This document shows, piece after piece, positions 9,173 through 18,994 of a DNA stretch of 64,000 nucleotides (position 1 is its first letter; each line of letters begins with the position of its first letter). The translations under genes and the position numbers were made by a program. The stretch comes from Promethearchaeota archaeon (GTDB lineage Archaea; Asgardarchaeota; Lokiarchaeia; Sigyniarchaeales; SOKP01). The DNA lies in the NCBI GenBank assembly GCA_016839555.1, contig JAEOUA010000006.1:448001-512000 (forward strand), read 5' to 3'. The notes beneath the pieces were generated by a model. It was not told the origin of the DNA. It ran no database searches and saw only the letters and a list, made by a program, of their open reading frames with translations.

Positions 9173-10276
9173 TTAATTTCCTTGATAAAATTTGTTATAA
9201 ATTTTCTCCAATCTTTTCCCTACTGCCTGCCAAGTATATTTTCTTAAAATTTTTTGACCTTTTTGAATTTTTTTCTGCTTAATATCATTATTTTCCAAGA
9301 GATATATAATTTGTTTAGAAAGAAGATCTGGTCTTTTAGGTGGAACATAAATAGCACTATCATCTAAAATTTCCTTATATACTTCTAGATCGGAGCAAAT
9401 TACCGGGCTATCGCATGCCAGCGCCTCTAAAGGTGTGTTTCCAAATCCCTCACCCCCAGAGGAATATGCAATAAGTATATCGGCCATTGAATAATAAATA
9501 GGTACTAGATTATCGGAAATAAAACCTGTAAAATAAATATCTTTAAAGTTTTGTTTCCAGGTCTCATAAATTTTCTCCATCTCGAAATCAGGTTCTCCAG
9601 CAATAATTAGATTAACGTTAGGTATTTTTTTTTTAGTTACGTTATACGCCTCAATGATATCATTCACTCCTTTATATTTGGCAATTCTCCCCAGATATAA
9701 TAAAATAGGACCTCGAATATTCAGTTTTTCTTTAAGTTTTTTAGCTTCATATGGATAAGGATGAAATTTCCTATCAATACCATTATAAATTACTTCGATT
9801 TTATTTGAAGAAATATTCGGAACAACTTTTTTCAACCCTTTTTTTGTGTGATATGATGGTACTGTAATTAAGGTTGATTTTTTTACAACTTGAGAAAGAA
9901 ATATCCTTTGAATAGAGCCTAAAGTATAATATGTTTCAAATGGACCAAGATCATGAATTGTAGAAATAAATCGTTTTTTATTTGAAGCCAAAATAGGTAA
10001 ACAACCTTTTGGTTTATTTCCGTGAATTATATCAAAATGATGTGAGCGAAGATACTTCGCTACTCTTAAAATAAATTCTGGAGCCCATAAATAGCGATTT
10101 CGTAGAATATTATATTGCATTATGTTAGAATCAGCAAGTTCATAGTTCCATTTTCCCGTTAATAGTTTTACATCGTATCCACTATTAATTAAATACTCAT
10201 AAATTCCCTCAAACCCAGTTCTTTCACAATCAGGGGCAATTTTTATAGAAATTAAACAAATTTTTAAATTAAACAA
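9173..10276 (-). CDS. Glycosyltransferase family 4 (GT-B)
   Basis: TIHDL, VIYNGID, GRIAKYKG, EGFGNTPLEALAC. Confidence 0.9.
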   Translation of the reverse strand: MFNLKICLISIKIAPDCERTGFEGIYEYLINSGYDVKLLTGKWNYELADSNIMQYNILRNRYLWAPEFILRVAKYLRSHHFDIIHGNKPKGCLPILASNKKRFISTIHDLGPFETYYTLGSIQRIFLSQVVKKSTLITVPSYHTKKGLKKVVPNISSNKIEVIYNGIDRKFHPYPYEAKKLKEKLNIRGPILLYLGRIAKYKGVNDIIEAYNVTKKKIPNVNLIIAGEPDFEMEKIYETWKQNFKDIYFTGFISDNLVPIYYSMADILIAYSSGGEGFGNTPLEALACDSPVICSDLEVYKEILDDSAIYVPPKRPDLLSKQIIYLLENNDIKQKKIQKGQKILRKYTWQAVGKRLEKIYNKFYQGN

Positions 10277-10330
10277 ATTTTTAAATTTTTTAATTTTTTA
10301 ATTTTATAGAAATTAAACAAATTTTTAAAT
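10241..10330. repeat. Local direct repeats at the GT4 5' end
   Basis: 29-nt ttttatagaaattaaacaaatttttaaat at 10241-10269 and 10302-10330, plus a third 21-nt core copy at 10266-10286. Confidence 0.8.
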
Positions 10331-10337
10331 AATCTAG

Positions 10338-11318
10338 CTAAGTTAATTGCTCATATCCGTTTTCAGTTACTAAAACAGTTTGTTCCGATTGAGCAACATA
10401 AGCATTAGATTCTTCAGATAGAACGTAATGAGTTTCGATTTTTCCTTGTCTAATCAATTCTTGAAGACCAAATGCTACACCAATCTGAAATTCATCTGCT
10501 AGCCACCGTTCGGCAAATGGCAAGCTTCTGTAAGTTTTATTGATAAATCCTAAAATTTTTTTTGAACTTTTTCTACGTAGTGGAACGCGTCCCGCAAATG
10601 GATTGAGACTATATATGTGGCAACTATTTGTGCTATGAACAGATCCTGTGCCTGTTGATGAGAAAATTTCAATAGCAAATACATCTCCTTGTTCTATTTC
10701 ATCACCTCCTTGAGAACCTAATTCTGGCAACTTTTTTGTCCCATGAACAAGCCATCTTTCAATTTGATGCCCCCCTAATTCTTTTATTGGTCTAAAGTTA
10801 AAGCCCTTTATAATACTCTCAATTTTTTTTCCAATCTCACGTGTATTGACTCCTGGTTTTATCATCATTTTTGCTGCTTCTAAAGCCGTTTCAGTGGCTG
10901 TTATTATATTTTCTAACTCTTCTTTTTCATTAAATTTTATAGTGAATGCAGTATCAACGATATATCCATCAATATGCACACCTAAATCCAATTTTACGAT
11001 ATCGTTTTCCTTTATTTTTAGTCCATCATCTTTTATTGGTGAGGTGTAATGAGCAGCAATATTATTTATACTTAAATTTACGGGAAAAGCACAAAAACCT
11101 CCTAATTCTTTAATCTTTTTTTCCGCATCCGTTATTATTTCGAGAGCCATACTTCCAACTTTTATTTTGGGTTTTATATATTTCTTAACCTTTTTAGCAA
11201 TATCACCCGCTTTCCTTAGAGACTCTAATTTCTTTTCTTCTTCATCACTTTTTTCATTCATTTGTTCTGGTTTCTTCTTAGTTTCATTTTTTGAGTTTTG
11301 TTTCTCTTTCTCATTCAT
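10338..11318 (-). CDS. map: Methionine aminopeptidase type II
   Basis: AFPVNLSINNIAAHYT, KLDLGVHIDGYIVDTAFT, LGGHQI, FAIEIF, VAQSEQTV. Confidence 0.95.
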   Translation of the reverse strand: MNEKEKQNSKNETKKKPEQMNEKSDEEEKKLESLRKAGDIAKKVKKYIKPKIKVGSMALEIITDAEKKIKELGGFCAFPVNLSINNIAAHYTSPIKDDGLKIKENDIVKLDLGVHIDGYIVDTAFTIKFNEKEELENIITATETALEAAKMMIKPGVNTREIGKKIESIIKGFNFRPIKELGGHQIERWLVHGTKKLPELGSQGGDEIEQGDVFAIEIFSSTGTGSVHSTNSCHIYSLNPFAGRVPLRRKSSKKILGFINKTYRSLPFAERWLADEFQIGVAFGLQELIRQGKIETHYVLSEESNAYVAQSEQTVLVTENGYEQLT

Positions 11319-11624
11319 ATTTATTATTAATGAAAAAGGAATAATAATTTTTTTTAATGATTTAAACTCCTCGGAAAGAGCTTAATAGTAATATTTTGAT
11401 AAAATTTTCAACTATGATTAAATTTTAAAAAGTGAAATTTATTAGAAATTTTGTTGAGTTAGTATCTTATTTTGTAAAAGAAAATTTAATAAAACCTAAA
11501 AATATAAAAAATTAATTAATTTATAACCTATTAAGAATTATTATATTACATATTATTATAAATTAAAATTTTTATAATAATAATTTTTTTATACTATTAA
11601 TTAAATTAAATCGGTCGATCGAAA

Positions 11625-11996
11625 ATTACTGAGAACATAAGCGAATTAACTGAAATACTTAGAAATTTAGAAGCTGTTAATTCAGATATCCAAGGAAGTG
11701 CGATCGTTTCAATTCAAGGGTTACCAATATGTTCTGCTCTTTCTAAAAATGTAAATGACGGCATCGTCTCTGCAATGTCCGCGGCTATACTTTCTGTTTC
11801 AGAGCGTGCCGTCCAAGAGCTTGCACGAGGAGAATTAAAGCGAATATTAATAGAAGGTATAGATGGATTAATTATTCTCTCGCAAGCAGGTCAAAATGCT
11901 ATTCTTGCCACTTTAACGGCACCCAATCCTTCATTAGGGATGGTTTTTTTAAATATCGAAAGTGTGACTAAGAAGATAGCAAAAATACTGGATTAA
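11625..11996 (+). CDS. Roadblock/LC7 (MglB/LAMTOR-like) protein; N-terminus extends upstream of the track ATG
   Basis: Frame is open from 11610: ITENISELTEILRNLEAVNSDIQGSAIVSIQGLPICSAL...IVSAMSAAILSVSERAVQELARGELKRILIEGIDG, a complete roadblock fold. No ATG/GTG/TTG before 11775, so the start is uncertain (ATT 11625 proposed). Confidence 0.8.
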   Translation: MTENISELTEILRNLEAVNSDIQGSAIVSIQGLPICSALSKNVNDGIVSAMSAAILSVSERAVQELARGELKRILIEGIDGLIILSQAGQNAILATLTAPNPSLGMVFLNIESVTKKIAKILD

Positions 11997-12086
11997 ATTG
12001 AATAAATTAATTAATAAATCCTCTTACTATAGATTTTTATAAATAATTTTATTATCTAATTTGTTTTATTTTTATAGTAAAGAATC

Positions 12087-14264
12087 ATGTCTCTACTCTC
12101 TGAGAAATTTTTTAAAAATTTACAATCCCTACTTTTAAAAAACATTAAAAAAAACATATTTGATCTTGAAGAAATAAGAAAGTTTATTGCTAGTCAGGAT
12201 ATAAAGCGTTCAGAGAAACTCCAAAAATTGTATTATAAATTTGACCCCCTCACTATCGATAAAAAAAGTGAATTTTTCGAGGATCTATTTAAAAAAATAG
12301 CAGAAGATATTTTATCTTTAAAAAATCGAGATATAGCACGAGAGAAATTATTATATAAATCAAATATTTATGATGTTTTAAAAGGATTAGTAGATAAACT
12401 GCTTTTTGAAAAAATTTGCATAGAATGTAGCTCAAATCAAATTTCAGAGAGTCGTTATGCTTTCAATGAGAATCGAATAATACATTTTTGTAATAATTGT
12501 CAAAGGAATGTTCAGGTCATTTATAAATCAAAATATTTATTGAAATTCCTTATTTATTTACAATATTGGACGCAGAGAAGTAATCTTAAAAAAATGACTA
12601 ATACCTATGTGAATTCAAAAGCCTTTTTAAGTTATTTATTCTCAGATTGCTTTAATTATTTTCTAGAGAAAGGTAACTTAAAGTTAGTTATTATGTTTTA
12701 TAATATTTTAGAGGAGAATAATATATCTAAGCCAAATGATACGAAAAACAAGAAAGATATTCAATCTATTATAGTTCAAACCATTATTAAATCATTAAAT
12801 TCGGGAGATTTCCAAAAAATAACGTATTCTATAGAGCATTTAATTAATGAGAAAAACAAAATAAATTTACCAGAAATTCTTTCAAATCCAGAATATAAGA
12901 AAAAAATTGAAGCTACTTTTTACAAAGTGTTATCTAAAGATCTCAGCTCGAGGAAATTTGATCATTTTAGACAATTATTAGAGCATTCAGATGTACTTGA
13001 TATTTTTATTGATGTGGGAAAAATACCAAATCGTCAAAAAATCATTGTAAAATTGATAATAAACTGTATAGAGGATGTAGCGGTCGGTTATCAGACATCG
13101 TCCCTTGGGAAAGTTATTGAGATCATTAGTTTCTTTAATGAAAATAACTTATTACAAAGAGAGTTAAGTGATAAGAATTTGGAAGAATTGAGGAGTTTAT
13201 GGAAAGATAAGATTCTCATTAGCAATTTAAAAGATCTTTTTGGACAAGTAAATAATTATCTATTATATTTTATCTATAAAGTAGTCCCTAAAGAATTATA
13301 TAAATTTTTCGTAAGTTCTCCTAACGCCTATAGCTTTTATACCGATATAGATCAATTAATTTATTATATTAAAAATTCATTTTTTAACAACTACTCCATC
13401 TATGGATTAAGTGTAAGAAAGTTAGGGTCTCTCGATAAATTTATTAATGAATTTAAAAAGCAATGGGAAAAAACAGGAAAAAATACTTCTAAAAAAGATT
13501 CCTTGATTTCTAACGATGATGAAGAATTCTTTGAATTTAATACAGAATATGTATATAGAATAAGTTATTACGGAACGCTTCAAGGGCGAGTTGAAAAAGT
13601 TGTAAAAAGGCATTTAGTCTCTCCAGAAAATATATTACACAATCTTGAATCTATTTTATCTCTCGATAAATATAAGTTCCATAGTTTATCCATGGTCTTA
13701 TTGGGAGGATTAGGACCACAGGGACATGGTTTCACCTATGCTACCCCAAAAGGGGAAGTAGTTGAAATATGCTCCGATATAAGGGAAAATGAAGCGATAA
13801 TTATCAAATATAAGCAGTTCCTTAAGAGACAATTTATCTCGAAATTACATAAAAAAATGAAGTCATTTACGATAAATCCCTCAATCATAGAAGAAGTCTG
13901 TGAGTTTTTAGAGAATGTTCTCAGTAAAAAAGAATTAATTAAATATAAAAATAAAGAGGAAATCGTCCAAAAAATTGAAACATTTTTAAGAAATAAATAT
14001 CCTCCACATATCATCATAGAAAAAAAACTTAAAATAATAATAAATTCAATAGCAAAAGCAATTAATGTCATTTTAGCCCCTATTAATATGGTAGATCAAT
14101 TCAAAGCAAGGATGGATTTAGTAAAAAGAAAAAAAATTAGTGCTGGAGATATTGCAAAATTGACGTCTCTGAAATCCAAATCTCATTATGATGTGTTAAG
14201 AGAGCGAACCCTCTATCAATACATCATAAAATGGTTCTATGAATTATATCTACAGAATAAATAG
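12087..14264 (+). CDS. Hypothetical 725-aa protein with a Zn-ribbon
   Basis: Long ORF; CIEC...CNNC; Gly-rich C-terminal motif [27 protein letters not shown]. Confidence 0.7.
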   Translation: MSLLSEKFFKNLQSLLLKNIKKNIFDLEEIRKFIASQDIKRSEKLQKLYYKFDPLTIDKKSEFFEDLFKKIAEDILSLKNRDIAREKLLYKSNIYDVLKGLVDKLLFEKICIECSSNQISESRYAFNENRIIHFCNNCQRNVQVIYKSKYLLKFLIYLQYWTQRSNLKKMTNTYVNSKAFLSYLFSDCFNYFLEKGNLKLVIMFYNILEENNISKPNDTKNKKDIQSIIVQTIIKSLNSGDFQKITYSIEHLINEKNKINLPEILSNPEYKKKIEATFYKVLSKDLSSRKFDHFRQLLEHSDVLDIFIDVGKIPNRQKIIVKLIINCIEDVAVGYQTSSLGKVIEIISFFNENNLLQRELSDKNLEELRSLWKDKILISNLKDLFGQVNNYLLYFIYKVVPKELYKFFVSSPNAYSFYTDIDQLIYYIKNSFFNNYSIYGLSVRKLGSLDKFINEFKKQWEKTGKNTSKKDSLISNDDEEFFEFNTEYVYRISYYGTLQGRVEKVVKRHLVSPENILHNLESILSLDKYKFHSLSMVLLGGLGPQGHGFTYATPKGEVVEICSDIRENEAIIIKYKQFLKRQFISKLHKKMKSFTINPSIIEEVCEFLENVLSKKELIKYKNKEEIVQKIETFLRNKYPPHIIIEKKLKIIINSIAKAINVILAPINMVDQFKARMDLVKRKKISAGDIAKLTSLKSKSHYDVLRERTLYQYIIKWFYELYLQNK

Positions 14265-14477
14265 CAAAACTTTTTTCTAATTTTAAGCTGTATAGGTTTA
14301 AAAGAAATTAATTATTTTGAAAATGTGCTTTTTAGAAAAGGGGGGATTCAAATTACTTCTTTTAATATTCGTATTCCTCAGTAAAAAGTTTATAAATGTT
14401 TTAAGATAATTATAACAATATAGAAAAAGTTTTCACATGAACTTTTCCTAATTATAATATTACGAGTTGTGAAAGTA

Positions 14478-15185
14478 ATGGAAATAATCGGATTTTTAGA
14501 TGGATTAACTGCAGCAGTGATTATTACTACTGGTGTAGTATTTGGTCTTTTATCATTTTTTTCTGCCAGAAAATTAGGAGCAAAACTACTCTACATTGCT
14601 GGGGGATTAGTCGTATTAGTAGGCTTGCTTTGGCTTGGTCCGTTTACAGAATTCTTGTTGGTATTAATAACTGGAATTAATTTGCCCGGAGAACTATATG
14701 GGTTTTTAAGTTATATTTGGGTCGCACCTGCGGTTGTTTTAGCCTTTTACCTTGGCGGCGAACTCATAGCACCTGAAAAAAAAAAAATAATTGTAGCAAT
14801 TTATACAATATTGGGGATTGTATTTGAAATTTTTATGTTTGCCCTTCCGAACGGTAATATAAACGCTTTAGGTACTTTTACTTGGGATGAACCAGCGGAA
14901 GGATTTTTGATAAATACTAGTTTTAATATGAGTTCTCCAACTTTTTGGATAGTGGCGATATTCTTGATATCAGTATTAATTTTCTTAGGTATTGGATTTG
15001 CAATTAAAGCTAAACAAGCTACTGGAGACTTAAGAAGAAAGTTTACATATTTATCTATAGCATTCATAATTTTTGTTATTTGCGGTGCATTGGATTCTGT
15101 TTTAGATCCTGGCATAGCGATTGGTTTTATAAGGCTCGTGATGGCCACATTCGCAATATGGACTTACCTTGGTCTAAAGACCTAA
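14478..15185 (+). CDS. Stand-alone seven-TM membrane protein (7TM sensor-like)
   Basis: Seven hydrophobic segments and no soluble output domain; ATG 14478 is preceded by GTGA (SD-like), so it is preferred over the track start at 14469. Confidence 0.7.
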   Translation: MEIIGFLDGLTAAVIITTGVVFGLLSFFSARKLGAKLLYIAGGLVVLVGLLWLGPFTEFLLVLITGINLPGELYGFLSYIWVAPAVVLAFYLGGELIAPEKKKIIVAIYTILGIVFEIFMFALPNGNINALGTFTWDEPAEGFLINTSFNMSSPTFWIVAIFLISVLIFLGIGFAIKAKQATGDLRRKFTYLSIAFIIFVICGALDSVLDPGIAIGFIRLVMATFAIWTYLGLKT

Positions 15186-15210
15186 GCTAACAAAAATTTA
15201 TTTTAAATTT

Positions 15211-15314
15211 TCTCTCTCTTTTTTTTATTTTTTCCTATTCTTTGAAATTATATTAATTCTTTACATTAAACCAAAAAAATGATAGTTTTTAGAAAAAATC
15301 AAAAAAGAGAGAGA
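15211..15314. terminator. Mirrored pyrimidine/T-tract terminator-like motifs of two convergent genes
   Basis: tctctctctttttt at 15211-15224 and its exact reverse complement aaaaaagagagaga at 15301-15314. Confidence 0.5.
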
Positions 15315-15341
15315 TTTCAATAAAATTCTCATACCTAATAA

Positions 15342-16805
15342 CTATTGTCTGAGTTCTTGAATATTGTCGAAGATTGTATCAAATCTATTTCTAATAGAAC
15401 CCGCTAAACCTTCCTCCTCTGAAACAACAGAATTTACCGCGGTTTTTAACCCATAATGACCTTCTGAAATAAGTACTCTTATTGGAAGCGTTAAGATTTC
15501 ATTTATAAGCATCACAATTTCTTGTAATATTTTAACTAATTTCGGAAATCTTTCTTGGGTTTTATCGACTAGGGATTGTTCAGCTGGAACTAAACCATTT
15601 TCTCTTTGTCGCTTTAATTCTTCCCAAATATTATCTTCTAATTCTGAGAAATTGATACCCAAATCTTCTAAAGCAATTTGGGCTCCTTCAAACACAAAAT
15701 TGATGTCATCTCTTCCAGTATATAGTCTAACATTTTCTACCATTTCTTCGGGTGCTAAACCATCCAAAAAATTGACCAACAATTCATGATAATCGTTGAT
15801 GACATCTAAAGGAATAAAGAGTAATACTAATTCTTTTAATTGTTTATACAAATAACCAAATGCTTTTGCCATGGTTTCATTTTTCAATAATTTCTCCACA
15901 AATCCTCCGTATTCGTTTAAAAGATGGATAGTTAAAAAGCCTATTATTCGGATTAGATCGTCCTCATAGTTGCGAAAATAGTCAAAAAATTTAGCAGGTT
16001 CCATATGTAATTTATCTTGAATAATTTTGGCAACTCTTTCTTTTACTGCTTCGAACGGCTCATCAATTATATCCTCTATTTTATCGAGTGAGAATGCATC
16101 CTGTAATTTATCAAAAATATCTAATTTACTTGTCTGGATAAATTCTTCTTCTGTTTCTTCAAGATGTAGTTTTGACAATATTTTTTTTTCTTTTTCAGCA
16201 CTTTTAAGCTCTTTCCATTGATTATAATCATAAACTTTACATAATAATTGTAGGCACTCATCTCCCTTTGCTTTGCATTTCTGTTCGGTGATGCTTATAC
16301 GATAATTATTTTCCTTTACTTGCAATATAAAATTGGCAACACTTTGAAGCATCCCACATAACCCACAAGCCATGCCTTCTGTATTTTGCTTTACCTTAGA
16401 GAGATCAAAAGTATCTTCCGAAGATAGTCCATAATCTGCGCAGATGGGACAATTATCGATTTTTAAAAGATAATCATTATAAGGGGAGTCTTGTTTTGGA
16501 ATTTCTTCATAAGTTAAATCTTCCAACTCTTTTCCAAAAACTACCACCCATAGAATCTCAAAATAATCTAAAACTTTATCGGGACTTCCCGGCATAAATT
16601 TAAATATAGTAGAATGGCGTTCACAGGATTCATACGCAGCTCTTTTACCAATTTCCCGCATTACTAGCAAACTGAGGTCCTCATCGTGAGTTATGTTATT
16701 AATCTCTTTTAATATTTCTCTGTAAAGTAATGAATAAAAAAGAGATGATGTGTTCTGCCCAAAAGCCTTTGTTATTTTTTTCATCAACCACTTAACTGCT
16801 CCCAT
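15342..16805 (-). CDS. V4R/Bet3-like domain protein with an acidic helical C-terminal region
   Basis: MREIGKRAA, DNCPIC, ACGLCGML and EQKCKAKGDECLQL V4R-type cysteine motifs. Confidence 0.65.
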   Translation of the reverse strand: MGAVKWLMKKITKAFGQNTSSLFYSLLYREILKEINNITHDEDLSLLVMREIGKRAAYESCERHSTIFKFMPGSPDKVLDYFEILWVVVFGKELEDLTYEEIPKQDSPYNDYLLKIDNCPICADYGLSSEDTFDLSKVKQNTEGMACGLCGMLQSVANFILQVKENNYRISITEQKCKAKGDECLQLLCKVYDYNQWKELKSAEKEKKILSKLHLEETEEEFIQTSKLDIFDKLQDAFSLDKIEDIIDEPFEAVKERVAKIIQDKLHMEPAKFFDYFRNYEDDLIRIIGFLTIHLLNEYGGFVEKLLKNETMAKAFGYLYKQLKELVLLFIPLDVINDYHELLVNFLDGLAPEEMVENVRLYTGRDDINFVFEGAQIALEDLGINFSELEDNIWEELKRQRENGLVPAEQSLVDKTQERFPKLVKILQEIVMLINEILTLPIRVLISEGHYGLKTAVNSVVSEEEGLAGSIRNRFDTIFDNIQELRQ

Positions 16806-16807
16806 TT

Positions 16808-17332
16808 TTATTTTTCACCTGTTTTGTATTTAAAGACTTGAACACAAGATTTATTACCAAGTGCTTTCGATTTTTGAACGCTTACTGGCTCAATCATTAC
16901 GCCTGATTTTTGATTTGAATTCATATTAATCCGATTAATATATTCTGGGATCAATCCTAAAAGGATTTCACATCCTGCAATTTCTATATCATCATAATGA
17001 TATTTACATAATGCACAATTAGAATCGCTTACAATAATTAATTGTTCCAGATCATTAATTTCCACAGAAACGGAGCTTTTCAACACCTCTTTGTAAATAG
17101 TAGCAATAACTTCCCTTAAATTAGTGAGCGAAACTATGTCAACTGGATTCCAATAATCATAATAGGTTTTAGCTATATTTCTCCCCATTTGCCTTAATCT
17201 TTGTTTTAAATCCGTAACTCCATTATTTATCATAAATCTTATGATATGATAAATTGCATTACGCAATTGATTCATTGTAGCGTCTGCAAGTCTTAAATCG
17301 TTTCTTGAGTAATTCATTGTTAAATTCTTCAA
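16808..17332 (-). CDS. V4R/Bet3 (TRAPP-like) domain protein
   Basis: RLRQMGRNIA (Bet3-like LxxMGxNIG), DSNCALC, GCEILLGLI, KSKALGNKSC. Confidence 0.65.
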   Translation of the reverse strand: MKNLTMNYSRNDLRLADATMNQLRNAIYHIIRFMINNGVTDLKQRLRQMGRNIAKTYYDYWNPVDIVSLTNLREVIATIYKEVLKSSVSVEINDLEQLIIVSDSNCALCKYHYDDIEIAGCEILLGLIPEYINRINMNSNQKSGVMIEPVSVQKSKALGNKSCVQVFKYKTGEK

Positions 17333-17557
17333 TTTGATGAATTTGATAAGTATTATTTTTAAGTACTATATGAAAAAATAGATGATATTTAAAATTTTTA
17401 ATTAAATTAAAAGTATTATTGGTATTGGTTTAATTTAATTTATGGAAGAGTTGAATTTAGTAAATTATTATAAAAATAAAAAGTGAATAAAAGGAGATAT
17501 TATTTAAGGTCTTGTGTGTGATTAATAACCATCTAAATTTATTTTTTGATAAACAAA

Positions 17558-17911
17558 TTACATCTTGTTTACGATCATACGCATAATCTCTTCGCCAGCT
17601 GCTCCAATCATGATACCATTCCTTACAAATACACGCCCATCTAATTCTATATTATTGGATAAAAGTTCCCCATCCTTAAAGAATAAGAGCGTAGGAATAG
17701 CAGTAATTCCGAACATTTCCCCCAGTGGTCGATTTTGATCAAGATCGACACGGATTAATTGGATTAATCCTTCTTCTTGAAACTTATGCAAGATTGGTGC
17801 AATAAATTTGCACGGACCACACCATTCAGTGTAGATATCAATAACTACCTTTCCTTCTTGCATAGAATCAGGTACTTCTATATTTATTTCTTCTAATTTT
17901 TGAATATTCAT
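17558..17911 (-). CDS. trxA: Thioredoxin
   Basis: WCGPC active site, GITAIPTLLFFKDG. Confidence 0.92.
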   Translation of the reverse strand: MNIQKLEEINIEVPDSMQEGKVVIDIYTEWCGPCKFIAPILHKFQEEGLIQLIRVDLDQNRPLGEMFGITAIPTLLFFKDGELLSNNIELDGRVFVRNGIMIGAAGEEIMRMIVNKM

Positions 17912-18277
17912 TATTATCTCAGTGTTTAATAAGTAAATGTTTAATTAACTATATATACTACTTCTGTTTGTAAAAATTTATTATTTTATTTAATTCTTGT
18001 ATTTTCAAAATATAAATATAATAATGATTCATCCTCTAAAAAGTTTAATATATAGGGAGATTTTCTTATATTAAATAAAATTTTCATTATAAAAGGTCGT
18101 GTGAGAAGACTCATTACTTTTCAGCAGATTAATGGTAATATTATTAATTTAAATTCTTTTTCGCAAAAGAGTTTATTCTTAAATATCTTCTAATTTAATG
18201 ATAATAATAATTTTTTAATATAAACTATCTCTATATTAAATAAGAATAAGAAATAACCCTCTCGAGATTAACATAAA

Positions 18278-18784
18278 ATGGCTACAATAGATTTTGAATT
18301 TAGAAACCAAATTCTTAAAAATGAAATAGGAAATACGCTTGCTTATTGTTATCAATGTGCTACGTGCTCTGGAGCCTGTCCCGTGGCACAAGTTACTAAT
18401 GGGAGATATAATCCTAGAAGATTAATTTTAGATTCTCTGTTGGGATTAAAAGAAAAGATTTTTGGAGCTGAAAATTCCTTCGATATATGGGGATGTACAA
18501 TTTGTGATACTTGCGATGAGGTTTGTCCCCAAAAAGTAGAACTCACAGAAATTTTTACTATTTTGAAAAATGAAAGTGTAAAGAGAGGAGAGGCACCCGA
18601 ATATTTTATTAGTCAAGCCAGCACAATTTTAGAATATGGGAAGGCAATTCCAATGCAAACAGCAATAGAAAGGAGGCGTGAGCAATTTAATCTTCCTGAA
18701 ATATTAGCTCCAAATGTTGAGGAAATTCAAAAGCTCTTAAAAGCTACAAAACTAGCTGAAAAACTTCCTAAGAAGAAAGAATAA
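18278..18784 (+). CDS. hdrC: Heterodisulfide reductase subunit C-like 4Fe-4S protein
   Basis: CYQCATCSGACP, YNPRRLI, IWGCTICDTCDEVCP. Confidence 0.85.
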   Translation: MATIDFEFRNQILKNEIGNTLAYCYQCATCSGACPVAQVTNGRYNPRRLILDSLLGLKEKIFGAENSFDIWGCTICDTCDEVCPQKVELTEIFTILKNESVKRGEAPEYFISQASTILEYGKAIPMQTAIERRREQFNLPEILAPNVEEIQKLLKATKLAEKLPKKKE

Positions 18785-18994
18785 GTTTCATTTTCTTTTT
18801 TGTCTATATTTTATATATAAAACCTAATTTTATAATATTCTTGGTATATTATCATATTATTATAAAACACTTTAATTAAATAAGAATCATTTATAGAATT
18901 CAAAAATTTAGAAAAAACCTATTAGATAAATTGTTGAAATATTATTCTTAATTATATATATACCTTATTTGTATAAAAAAAAGAGGGAAATAAT

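Noticed and set aside
10241-10330. CRISPR-like repeat
   Set aside because: Only two full copies, overlapping coding sequence, with a low-complexity spacer and no cas genes.
11319-11609. AT-rich intergenic stretch as a replication origin
   Set aside because: No ORB repeats or cdc6/orc1 gene; consistent with divergent promoters.
17558-18784. Selenoprotein or SECIS element at trxA/hdrC
   Set aside because: Both genes have ordinary Cys codons and no in-frame TGA; the hairpins lie upstream and lack a clear SECIS core.
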